Assembly (NCBI GenBank): GCA_965205945.1
Contig: CBDBIB010000003.1
Location: forward strand, 162,192-226,191
DNA: 64,000 nucleotides
Reading direction: 5' to 3'
From: Bdellovibrionales bacterium
GTDB lineage: Bacteria; Bdellovibrionota; Bdellovibrionia; Bdellovibrionales; UBA1609
Shown here: one piece after another, positions 39,792 to 48,542 of the stretch
Position numbering within the stretch: the stretch's first letter is position 1
Layout of the letters: the number at the start of each line of letters is the position of its first letter
Made by a program: the position numbers and the translations under genes
Notes under the pieces: generated by a model
What the model saw: the letters and a program-made list of their open reading frames with translations, nothing else
Database searches by the model: none
What the model was told of the DNA's origin: nothing

Positions 39792-40904
39792 GTGATCACA
39801 GAGACACATACGTTTGACAGTTTATTAGATTTAGGAACATTGTATTTTGAAAAAGGAGAGTTTTCAAATTCTATTGCATATTTATTAGAGGCTAAAGAGA
39901 GGGCTTTAGCCAATAAAAAAGCAAGAAGATATTTTAACATTTTATATATGTTATTAAGAATTCGTCTTGAAATGGGTATGATGAAAGAAGTAGAAAGCAT
40001 TAAAAATGATCTTCAACAATTTGTTATTGAAGAAGATATTGAGATGTCTTCAAGATTATATTACACACTAGGTATATGTGCATATTTAGAGAAAAAAAGT
40101 GAAAGTGCTCTAACATTCTTTAATCAAGCGTTTAACGTGGCTCTTTCAGAAAGTAATAAAGAGGATATGTGTTATGCTCTTTGTGGGAAAGCTATTTGGT
40201 TTCAACAGCAAAAAGATTATAAAAAAGTATTTTCAATTATTGAGAACCTTAGATTGTTTTTTGAAAGCGTGAGTGTTCCTGAGGTTGAGGCCTCAATAGG
40301 AATATGTGAGGCTCAGATATTCTCAGAACTTGGAAAATATGATGATGCGGTAAAAAGTTTATGGAGGGCATTTAATGTTGCAAAAAAATCTAAATCTGTA
40401 CAGTTTATGAATGCCTACATTTTTGTTCAATTTGGGAGAACACATCTTAAAATGAACAAGCTTGATATGGCTGAAAACTATTTTGATCTAGCCGAGGGCT
40501 TAATCAATCCGTTTGAACATGTAAGAACTAAGTCTATTTTAACGGATTCTCGCAAAGAGTTTGAAGCAAAAAAGACTCTTCATCCTGATATTAAAATTGA
40601 TCTAAAAGAAAATATTATTGAAGAAGCCTCTAAAGGTAAGCTTGAATTAAATAACAAATTTATTCTTTTAGAGCTTTTAGTAGAGCTTGTTAAAAGGAAG
40701 GGTGATATTCTTACAAAATCGGATTTGGCTGAAATGTTATGGAATCAGGACTACGACCCTTCGCAACATGATAATAAAATTTATGTAACTATTAGAAGAC
40801 TTAGAAAGCTTTTAGAACCTAATCCAAAGAAACCTTATTATATTTTAAGAACAAAATGTGGATATCAGTTAAATCCGGCAACAATTGTACAAATGCCTTC
40901 TTAG
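39792..40904 (+). CDS. transcriptional regulator, N-terminal TPR-like repeats plus C-terminal OmpR/PhoB-type winged helix
   Basis: 370 aa with GTG start. C-terminus LAEMLWNQDYDPSQHDNKIYVTIRRLRKLLE...GYQL matches the Trans_reg_C pattern. No receiver domain. Confidence 0.6.
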   Translation: MITETHTFDSLLDLGTLYFEKGEFSNSIAYLLEAKERALANKKARRYFNILYMLLRIRLEMGMMKEVESIKNDLQQFVIEEDIEMSSRLYYTLGICAYLEKKSESALTFFNQAFNVALSESNKEDMCYALCGKAIWFQQQKDYKKVFSIIENLRLFFESVSVPEVEASIGICEAQIFSELGKYDDAVKSLWRAFNVAKKSKSVQFMNAYIFVQFGRTHLKMNKLDMAENYFDLAEGLINPFEHVRTKSILTDSRKEFEAKKTLHPDIKIDLKENIIEEASKGKLELNNKFILLELLVELVKRKGDILTKSDLAEMLWNQDYDPSQHDNKIYVTIRRLRKLLEPNPKKPYYILRTKCGYQLNPATIVQMPS

Positions 40905-40914
40905 GGGAAATATT

Positions 40915-41382
40915 ATGAAATATTTTATACTACCGTTAGTACTACTATTTTCAACATTGACATATTCAATTATAGAACATGATTTTAAAAATATTGATTT
41001 TGCGCCATTTCCTTTAAATACAGAAAGGATCTCTTTATTTGAAGGAGTTTGGCAAGGAAAGATAATTGATATTCATGTAAAAAATTCTGGCCATGTTTTT
41101 AATAGAAAACCTATTTTAAGGGTTAAGGTTATAAACCATTATTTTAAAGATATAATAAAAGAGGGGCTGATGTATTATAGTAGCAGTCTTAATCAATATA
41201 AGCTATATCTGTTTACTGCAGAGAGAAGCTTTCCAATTGAGTTGGGTGTTTTTGTGTTCTCAAGTTCTTATGCAAGTGAGTTTAATTTAAAGTGTAAATC
41301 TGGTGGAACTTTATTAAAAATTGAGTTTAAAATAGACGGTGTTTTGGAAAAATTTTTCGCTATAAAAGAAAATTGTTTTTAA
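40915..41382 (+). CDS. hypothetical secreted protein
   Basis: Signal peptide MKYFILPLVLLFSTLTYS. Start placed at the ATG at 40915. Confidence 0.4.
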   Translation: MKYFILPLVLLFSTLTYSIIEHDFKNIDFAPFPLNTERISLFEGVWQGKIIDIHVKNSGHVFNRKPILRVKVINHYFKDIIKEGLMYYSSSLNQYKLYLFTAERSFPIELGVFVFSSSYASEFNLKCKSGGTLLKIEFKIDGVLEKFFAIKENCF

Positions 41383-41497
41383 AAATCTTTTTAAAAGGTA
41401 GGGACTGCCTGAGTAAGGAGAAGAGAGATTTTTTTTAATTGTTTGTTTCTCCCATGGTAAAAAGATATAAATAGTTTAGAATACAAGTTTTTATTGT

Positions 41498-41573
41498 GGG
41501 CCGTTAGCTCAGCTGGTAGAGCGCTACCCTTACAAGGTAGATGTCGGCGGTTCGATCCCGTCACGGCCCACCA
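41498..41573 (+). tRNA. tRNA-Val (anticodon UAC), CCA encoded
   Basis: Cloverleaf read by hand. Acceptor stem GGGCCGT/ACGGCCC, D stem GCTC/GAGC, anticodon stem CTACC/GGTAG with loop CTTACAA, T arm GGCGG-TTCGATC-CCGTC. Confidence 0.95.
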
Positions 41574-42343
41574 ATTGTCAAGCTGTTCGAACCATTTTTC
41601 GAAGAGTTTTTGGTAAAGGGTTTTTTAGACGAGAGATTAGACAAAAAAATGGCAGGGCCACCCAGATGGGTAGGCCCTTTTTTTATGTGATCTTTTCCAA
41701 TATAAAAATGTATTTTTACTGTGTCCTTAAAAACATCCACTCTGTGAACTAAGGCTCTGATAGCTCTTGTTCTCTGCTTCTCATCTGCATTTTCAATAAA
41801 TTGACTGACTCCTTTTAAAAACTTCTGAAAGTCTTCTAGCTCCGTAATCTCTTGTTTTACTTTTGCCCCTTTCTGGTTAAGTTCTTGAGCAAGCTCCTCC
41901 ACCTTTCTTTTTTCCTCTTCGACCTTTTCCATGTGTTTGTAGATAGAAGCTGCTGAAAGCTCTTTAGGCAATTCTGAGAGTCTTTCTGTAAGTGCTTCTT
42001 GTTGTCTATCTAACCCTGCTATTTTCTCTGTAAGTCTGTCTAGCTCCCTTTGGTGAGGGTTCTTATTCTGAACACTTCTTACCTTTTCTAAGAGGCTTTG
42101 TGCTAGTTTATCACCGTTAAGTAGCTCTTTGATTTTTTCAATGACGAGTGGCTCAAGTTTTTTAGCTCCTATTCTCTTGTAATTCCCGCAATCAAAAACT
42201 TTTTTCGTAAGCCCTGATTCTTTTCTAACCGCCCATCCATGTTCATAATAACCAATCTTTCCTCCATTACCATGGGCAGATTTTCCACAAAGGACATCAC
42301 CGCAGTGACCGCAATACACAAGACCTGAGAGTAGGTAAGGCAT
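41561..42343 (-). pseudogene. large serine recombinase, C-terminal half only
   Basis: 260 aa. Starts at the zinc beta-ribbon LLSGLVYCGHCG, followed by a long coiled coil and IRALVHRVDV. The N-terminal resolvase catalytic and recombinase domains are absent. The last codons overlap the 3' end of tRNA-Val. Confidence 0.7.
41567..41578. repeat. direct repeat, copy 1 (candidate att core at the tRNA-Val 3' end)
   Basis: CCCACCAATTGT spans the tRNA CCA end. Identical 12-mer at 43584-43595. Confidence 0.55.
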
Positions 42344-42788
42344 ATATTGAAAAGGAGCTAGGAGAATTACATAAGACTTCTTATGCTCGTGTTGAATACC
42401 TTTTAGAAGGTCTGATGGAAAATGTAGAGTCCTACGAGGATATTGACGTGTTTTAGTTTTTGGTAGAATTAATTAAGCTTACGGACAAAATTCCCATGAC
42501 TTGTATTTTGGACTTACTAGCTCTAGTTAATGATAAAAACATCCATGAGCTTGAGAAGCAAACTATAGCCAATAGTGTTCATCTCATCAGAGAAAGCTTC
42601 CAAAAGTGACAAAATGCCCAGGCAAATTGTAATTTTGCTATGACTTAGCATAAAATCACAAATTTGTGTTTTCTTCCTTTATAATCATCATCACATAAAG
42701 ATTATGAACAAACGTGGTTTTAAAACCATTGCAAAAGTGAGCAACTAACTATTCACTTAATATTTCAACCTCAGTAAGGCTTTTCCTT

Positions 42789-43511
42789 TTATCTATCAAT
42801 TCTTGTCTTCATATCGAAAAATTGAGAACTCATACAATACACAGTAGGTTCGTCACCTAATTGATCCTCTTGACAAACTTTTTGAATATCATCATACAAA
42901 TTCTCAATCAATTTCTCAATTACAAACGCCGTATTCTTGCCCACTAAAAAAAAATCCCAATTCAACAAATTCATTTGTGTTGCCAGAGGATTCGATTTTT
43001 CCAAACGCGTTCCTTTCTTTTTTGCAGGTCGTAATGAAGACGCTCCTGTCCCTGATAAAAATAAAGACGAATTAATAAAAGAAGTGCGAATATCATCCAT
43101 AGCTAATTCATACTCTCTTCCCCTAAATAAAAAGCGATTATAAAGTTTGTTGATAGCTTCATTAATTTCAATAAGTTCGAAATCTTCAAGAGTCTTTAAA
43201 ATCTCACTTACTCTCTTTACTCCGAGTCGAGACTCATCACCTATAAATTCAATGGTTCTCTCTACGTCCATTTTTATATCTTGAGGTACTAAGTCTATAA
43301 TATAAAAGACGTAAGTGTATTCCCACGAAGAAATAGGAAGAAACTCTGTTCCTCCCAAGTATTTCACCGTTTTATTTTTTTCCTCTCCGAGAATTCTTTT
43401 AATACGTTCTTTAATTTCAATATTTTTTTTCTGTAATTCTAGATATTTTATGAGAATACTTTTTTTCTCATCTTTGCTCAGTTTTAACTTCATCAGGATT
43501 TTTTCAGCCAT
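42789..43511 (-). CDS. hypothetical protein carried on the tRNA-Val element
   Basis: 240-aa intact ORF. Loose resemblance to the DUF4423/TIGR02147-type architecture (a central segment that could be a winged helix). This is a weak impression only. Confidence 0.35.
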   Translation of the reverse strand: MAEKILMKLKLSKDEKKSILIKYLELQKKNIEIKERIKRILGEEKNKTVKYLGGTEFLPISSWEYTYVFYIIDLVPQDIKMDVERTIEFIGDESRLGVKRVSEILKTLEDFELIEINEAINKLYNRFLFRGREYELAMDDIRTSFINSSLFLSGTGASSLRPAKKKGTRLEKSNPLATQMNLLNWDFFLVGKNTAFVIEKLIENLYDDIQKVCQEDQLGDEPTVYCMSSQFFDMKTRIDR

Positions 43512-43583
43512 CTGATAATAAACCCTGTTTTCTCCATTAAAAATTTTTGATAAAAAAGTTGGTTCAACCAGCTTAGTTAATGC

Positions 43584-43595
43584 CCCACCAATTGT
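43584..43595. repeat. direct repeat, copy 2 (candidate distal att core)
   Basis: CCCACCAATTGT. A GGTTC (43561-43565), the first bases of the tRNA T arm, lies 23 nt upstream, compared with 18 nt in the tRNA. Confidence 0.55.
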
Positions 43596-43631
43596 TTTGA
43601 TTTACGCTGTTTTAAAAGTACCCTTGATTTG

Positions 43632-44006
43632 CTATCTTCCAGCAAATCTTTTTTTAAGGCTTTCTCTGATTTCAGCACCTTCTATACTAAGCCGTGTCCA
43701 TGGAATTGCTCTAAGTCTTTCCGTTTCTATGGGCTCTTCAGTTTCTTCACAAAGACCAAATGATCCAACTTCGATTCTCATAAGAGCATACTCCACTTCA
43801 AGAAGCTGCTTTCTTAAACGATCATGCATTCCAAGCATTTCTGATTCAGCAAGAGCTCGAACTGTTTGATCTCCTTCGTCTCCACCTTTTTCAACCGCTA
43901 TATTGAGGTTTTCTTTTGTACTTCGCACTCTATTAAGAATATTTTGCTTTGCGTCTAAAAGTAAATTTCGACACTCTTTTACAAATCTTTTGTTTACTCC
44001 ACTCAT
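43632..44006 (-). CDS. DksA/TraR-family regulator, single-Cys variant
   Basis: 124 aa. Coiled-coil N-terminus with acidic tip (GGDEGD). The C-terminal region GLCEETEEPIETERLRAIPWTRLSIEGAE keeps only one of the four zinc-finger cysteines. AGGAGG RBS. Confidence 0.65.
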   Translation of the reverse strand: MSGVNKRFVKECRNLLLDAKQNILNRVRSTKENLNIAVEKGGDEGDQTVRALAESEMLGMHDRLRKQLLEVEYALMRIEVGSFGLCEETEEPIETERLRAIPWTRLSIEGAEIRESLKKRFAGR

Positions 44007-44273
44007 TTTAATTTCCTCCTAAGTGGTTAGCCTTATTTTTCTTAAATCCCTTCCCTCACTTAAGGTTTGTAGTGTCTTTGGTGGTCCATTCATGGTGCCA
44101 CTTTGGGACTGTAATAATTTCCCATGGATTGTTGTTAAAAAGCAACCAAAATCCATGTAATATGTTCAAAATTTTTTTTTAATTATTATAAAAAATATTT
44201 ATAAAGCTGGTTTTTTATTACTGATGCTTAATTGGGCTGGTATTTGAGGTTTTTTTTAACTAATTTTAAACTT

Positions 44274-45215
44274 ATGAATTCTTCACTTATATCATGTATT
44301 TTTTTATTTTTAGGCTTTACGTTTATGATTGTTGGAGCTGACCGCCTTATTAAAGGTGCTGTTGAAATTGCTGAAAAATTTAATCTCTCAAAGGTGTTAA
44401 TTGGTGCAGTTCTTATAGGTTTTGGAACTTCAGCACCTGAGTTTTTTACAAGTTTGTGTAGTGCTTCTGCTGGAGAAGGAGTTCTTGCTGCAGGAAACGT
44501 AATTGGCTCAAATATTTTTAATTCAAGCCTTGTCATGGGAACATGCTTGATTTTTCCATTTAAACTTTCTCCTTCTGAAAAATCTTGGCAAAATATTATT
44601 TTTCTTATTCTTCCAAGCGTATTAATTTTGTTTTTTGCCAGTGACCTTTTTTTTTCAAGATTCGAAGGTTTTTTATTTCTTATACCTCTTCCCGTTTTCT
44701 TATATTTTATGGTTAAGCAAAAAGATAAAAAAAGTAGCAATGATTTTTTTAATGCTCCTAAAAACACTAATTTAATACTTAGTTTGTTCTGGGTTTTTAT
44801 TGGTGGTGCAGCTCTTTACCTTGGCTCTAACATAACAATAAAAGCAAGCCTAGAGCTTGTGTCTATCTTTGGTCTTTCAAAAGGCTTTGCTGGAGCTATC
44901 ATTCTTGCTGCAGGCACAGGGCTTCCAGAACTAGTCACAACCATTGTTGCTGGACTTAGAAAAGAAATTTCTTTAGCTTTTGCAAATATTGTAGGCTCAA
45001 ACGCTTTAAATGCCTTTCTAGCTCTTGGAGTAGCCTCAGTATTTTTTCCATTTCAAATATCAAAAAGTATGGCCTACTTTAGTGCTCCTATTTTATTTGG
45101 AGTAACTTTACTTAGCCTAGTACCTTTAATGTTTTTTTCGAATAGATGTTTTATTAAAATTTGGGCGGTTATTTTGTTTATATCTTATTTTAGTTTTATA
45201 TATATATGCTTTTAA
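44274..45215 (+). CDS. Ca2+/Na+ antiporter (CaCA/YrbG family)
   Basis: Alpha-repeat motifs GFGTSAPEFFTS and AAGTGLPELVTT. Start placed at MNSSLIS (track ORF starts at 44232). Confidence 0.8.
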   Translation: MNSSLISCIFLFLGFTFMIVGADRLIKGAVEIAEKFNLSKVLIGAVLIGFGTSAPEFFTSLCSASAGEGVLAAGNVIGSNIFNSSLVMGTCLIFPFKLSPSEKSWQNIIFLILPSVLILFFASDLFFSRFEGFLFLIPLPVFLYFMVKQKDKKSSNDFFNAPKNTNLILSLFWVFIGGAALYLGSNITIKASLELVSIFGLSKGFAGAIILAAGTGLPELVTTIVAGLRKEISLAFANIVGSNALNAFLALGVASVFFPFQISKSMAYFSAPILFGVTLLSLVPLMFFSNRCFIKIWAVILFISYFSFIYICF

Positions 45216-45230
45216 AAATACTAATTTATT

Positions 45231-46016
45231 TTATTCATCTTTAAAATCAAACTCAACCATTAGTGGGCAATGATCGGAGCCTTCTTGTTCATCTAAATGT
45301 TTAATTTGCTTAACATAGGGAATCAATCCTTTTGTTACGCAAACGTAATCAATTCTCCAGCCACGATTGTTGTTTCTTGCCCGTTGTCGGTAAGACCACC
45401 AGGTGTACTTGTTTTTTTTCTCAGGATAAAAGTATCTAAATAAATCCACAAACCCAGTGGGTAAAAAGCTTTCATTAAACCATTTTTTTTCTTCTGGTAA
45501 AAAACCACTTGTTTCCTTTAGTCGTACGGGATCATGAACGTCAAACTCTAAACGAGCGATATTATAATCTCCAACTAAAATAATCTCTTCCCCTAATTTG
45601 ATTTGTTTTTTTAAATGATTTGTAAATTTTTTTAAAAAACTTTGTTTAAAATCATGCCTGACTTTATTCATTGCGCCATTTGGAAAGTAAACATTATAAA
45701 GTGTAAACTCTGGATGTTGGGTCACTACAAAACGCCCCTCTTCATCAAATTCTTTAATACCGATTCCGTATTCAATAGCCAAGGGATCATCTACGTTTAA
45801 AAATGTACATGTTCCGGAATAACCTTTTTTAATCTTAGATGATGACCAGAATCTATGCTTAAAAAGATCTTCAAATTTTTCAGGACCTAATTGTTCAGGA
45901 TGAGCCTTGGTTTCTTGAACACAAAAAATATCAGGTTTTTGTGTTAGCAAGAATTCTCTTAGACCATGCTTAAAACATGCTCTTATTCCGTTTACATTCC
46001 AGGAAATTAGTTTCAT
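45231..46016 (-). CDS. xthA: exodeoxyribonuclease III
   Basis: MKLISWNVNGIRA, QETK and a C-terminal SDHCP. Start placed at MKLISWN. Confidence 0.9.
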   Translation of the reverse strand: MKLISWNVNGIRACFKHGLREFLLTQKPDIFCVQETKAHPEQLGPEKFEDLFKHRFWSSSKIKKGYSGTCTFLNVDDPLAIEYGIGIKEFDEEGRFVVTQHPEFTLYNVYFPNGAMNKVRHDFKQSFLKKFTNHLKKQIKLGEEIILVGDYNIARLEFDVHDPVRLKETSGFLPEEKKWFNESFLPTGFVDLFRYFYPEKKNKYTWWSYRQRARNNNRGWRIDYVCVTKGLIPYVKQIKHLDEQEGSDHCPLMVEFDFKDE

Positions 46017-46058
46017 ATTAAAGATAGTTAACAAACTAAGGATGAAAAGGAAAGTTTT

Positions 46059-46559
46059 ATGAATTTAATCAGCCACATGGCACCTTTATTTGATTCTCCT
46101 GCCTTTACGCTAGACAAAAAGCACTCGACTATAAGTTTAGAGGCACTTCGTGGGAAGTGGATACTGCTTTTTTTCTATCCTTTAGACTTTACATTTATAT
46201 GTTTAACAGAAATAAAAGCACTTCAAGCTTCTATTATGGAGTTTAAAAATAGAAATTGTGAGTTGTTAACTATTAGCGTTGATAGCATCTACTCACACGA
46301 AGCTTGGTTAAAAACTGAGTTAGTAAGTGTTGATTTTACAATGGTTTCTGATATTACAAAAAGAATCTCAAGAGATTATGGCGTTTTAGATGAAAACTTA
46401 GGGGTTTCTTTAAGAGGAACTTTTCTTATTGATCCGGAAGGACGAGTTCAGTATAGTCTTTGTCATAATCTTAGTACAGGAAGAAGTATCTCTGAGATTT
46501 TAAGAACTTTAGATGCCCTTAAAACTGGTGAACTTTGTTTTGCAAACTGGACGAAATGA
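46059..46559 (+). CDS. 2-Cys peroxiredoxin (AhpC/TSA family), variant active-site context
   Basis: 166 aa. FYPLDFTFICLTE (canonical FVCPTE) and a C-terminal GELCFANW (canonical GEVCPANW). Confidence 0.85.
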   Translation: MNLISHMAPLFDSPAFTLDKKHSTISLEALRGKWILLFFYPLDFTFICLTEIKALQASIMEFKNRNCELLTISVDSIYSHEAWLKTELVSVDFTMVSDITKRISRDYGVLDENLGVSLRGTFLIDPEGRVQYSLCHNLSTGRSISEILRTLDALKTGELCFANWTK

Positions 46560-47574
46560 TATTTTAAACCTTTATCCCTCTTTAAATGAGGCCATTCTTT
46601 TAACTATAAAGAATGCGCTATGTCCATTTATAGTAAATCTTCCTAAGAAACTTGAAAAAGAAATTCATCAGGTTACAGAATATTTTATGGCATATAAAAA
46701 AGAAACAGCATCAAAACCTTGGGATGATTCTGTCTTAAATAGTTTAGACTTTCATTATTCCTCAAATACTTTAAAAATTATTGAAGCTAATACTAATGCC
46801 TCAGGGTTTTTACTCTCAAATTTACTATTAGACGATCAAGAAGAAGTAAAGGTATTTGAAGACGACATCTTAAAATCATTTAAGACTATTTTTAAAAATG
46901 ATTCCTTTAAACATGTTTTTATTGTAGATAAATTTCCTGAAACAGAGAAAATGTTTGCTGAATTTTTAATGTTTCAGGATTTTTTTAAACGAAATGGTAC
47001 CAACGCTGAGATTATTAAAACATCAAAAGTTTATATAAAACACGATCCTCTCTATATATATAATAGGGATACTGATTTTTATTTGGAAGAGAATCCAGTT
47101 CTTAGATTTTTATGGGAAACTAAAAAAATTCATCTTTCTACATCACCATTTTCATATGAAAATTTAGCTAATAAAAAATTTAACTCTGAACAAAACAATC
47201 TTTTAATTAGTAAGAAATTTAATTTGCTAAAAAAAGCGACTCTTCAAACTTTAAATATTACTGATGAAAATAAAGAAGATCTTTGGGTAAGACGAAAGAA
47301 GCTTTTTTTTAAGCCTTTTTCTTCATTTGGTAGTAAAGGAGTGTATTCAGGAAAATCTGTTAGTCGTAAGAAATTTGATGTTTTTAATAACGAGTATCTT
47401 GCACAAGAGTTTCATCCCCCGGGCAAAATTAAAAATAATCAGTGGAAGTTTGATATTAGAGCATTTTTTTCTGAAAACGGTGTGCAAAAGATTATAGCTC
47501 GCGTTTATCAGGGGCAACTTACAAATTTTTTTAATTTGGGTGGTGGATTTGCGCTTATTAAATGGGTAGACTAG
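46513..47574 (+). CDS. ATP-grasp-like protein of unknown specificity
   Basis: 353 aa. FFKPFSSFGSKGVY, LAQEF, FDIRAFF and NLGGGFA resemble ATP-grasp C-terminal motifs. Overlaps the prx 3' end and the kdsA start. Confidence 0.35.
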   Translation: MPLKLVNFVLQTGRNDILNLYPSLNEAILLTIKNALCPFIVNLPKKLEKEIHQVTEYFMAYKKETASKPWDDSVLNSLDFHYSSNTLKIIEANTNASGFLLSNLLLDDQEEVKVFEDDILKSFKTIFKNDSFKHVFIVDKFPETEKMFAEFLMFQDFFKRNGTNAEIIKTSKVYIKHDPLYIYNRDTDFYLEENPVLRFLWETKKIHLSTSPFSYENLANKKFNSEQNNLLISKKFNLLKKATLQTLNITDENKEDLWVRRKKLFFKPFSSFGSKGVYSGKSVSRKKFDVFNNEYLAQEFHPPGKIKNNQWKFDIRAFFSENGVQKIIARVYQGQLTNFFNLGGGFALIKWVD

Positions 47575-48425
47575 AGTACTTTTTAAAAGGATGGCTTACA
47601 GTGGAAACTATTGAAATTGATGGATTTAATATTACATTCTCATATCATAAGCCTTGTGTTGTTATTGGTGGAATAAATGTTTTAGAAAGTAAAGATCTTG
47701 CGTTTAAAGCTTGTGAAATTTTTAAAAAATCATGTGAAAAAAATAAACTTCCCTATATTTTTAAAGCCTCTTTTGATAAAGCAAATCGTTCTTCTGTTCA
47801 CTCATTTAGAGGTCCTGGCTTAGAAGAAGGACTTAAAATTTTTAAAGAGATTAAAGATTTTTTTAATGTTCCTATAATTACGGATTATCATGAACCTGAA
47901 CAAGCCGCTCCTTTGAGTGAAGTTGTTGATATTTTACAAGTTCCAGCATTTTTATCTCGACAAACTGATCTTGTGTCTGCGGGAGCTAAGACTGGGAAAA
48001 TACTTCATATTAAAAAAGCTCAGTTTTTATCACCTTGGGAAATGAAGAATATTAAGAAAAAATGTGAAGAAGAGGGAAACTCTAAGGTTCTTTTTTGTGA
48101 AAGAGGAAGCTCTTTTGGTTATAACAATTTAATTGTTGATATGTTAGGAATACTTGAAATGAAAAAAGATAATCTTTTAGTAACTTTTGATGTAACACAT
48201 TCCTTACAAATTCCTGGAGGTCAGGGTGATGCTGCAGGTGGAAGAAGTGAGTTCTCCATTCCTTTTGCAAGATCTGGGGTGGCTTTAGGTCTTGCTGGTA
48301 TTTTTGTTGAAGCTCACTTTAATCCGAATGAAGCAAGGTGTGATGGCCCTTGTGCCTTAGCATTTTCAAAGATTGATGAGTTTATATCAAACGTTTCTCA
48401 AGTAGACCATCTAGTTAAAGGCTGA
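47562..48425 (+). CDS. kdsA: 3-deoxy-8-phosphooctulonate synthase
   Basis: 287 aa. GGINVLES, FKASFDKANRSS, FRGPG and VTHSLQ. The true start may be the GTG a few codons downstream. Confidence 0.9.
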   Translation: MGRLEYFLKGWLTVETIEIDGFNITFSYHKPCVVIGGINVLESKDLAFKACEIFKKSCEKNKLPYIFKASFDKANRSSVHSFRGPGLEEGLKIFKEIKDFFNVPIITDYHEPEQAAPLSEVVDILQVPAFLSRQTDLVSAGAKTGKILHIKKAQFLSPWEMKNIKKKCEEEGNSKVLFCERGSSFGYNNLIVDMLGILEMKKDNLLVTFDVTHSLQIPGGQGDAAGGRSEFSIPFARSGVALGLAGIFVEAHFNPNEARCDGPCALAFSKIDEFISNVSQVDHLVKG

Positions 48426-48542
48426 TTTTTTCATTAATTTTCTTTACGATAATATCCATATATTTATGATCTCCAGTAATATAGCCTTCAAGTTTTCGGA
48501 AAATTTTTGGATAGTTGGGACCTGAAGGGAAATTTAATTCAG

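Noticed and set aside
39773-40000. 75-aa minus-strand ORF at the start of the TPR/winged-helix regulator gene
   Set aside because: It overlaps the better-supported plus-strand gene and has no motif or RBS.
44090-44100. TGGCAC on the minus strand upstream of the dksA-like gene (sigma-54 -24 element?)
   Set aside because: The sequence 5 nt downstream reads ATGGA rather than the TTGC(A/T) -12 element.
44228-44767. 179-aa minus-strand ORF overlapping the start of the Ca2+/Na+ antiporter gene
   Set aside because: It is antisense to a gene with clear CaCA alpha-repeat motifs and has a low-complexity Lys/Ile-rich translation. This is a typical shadow ORF in AT-rich DNA.
48415-48496. Minus-strand open frame abutting the IS3 left end (…KLEGYITGDHKYMDIIVKKINEKISL then stop) as a gene tail cut by the IS
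   Set aside because: It is only about 27 codons long, and stop-free runs of this length are expected by chance. No matching 5' part lies across the IS, and I recognised no family motif.
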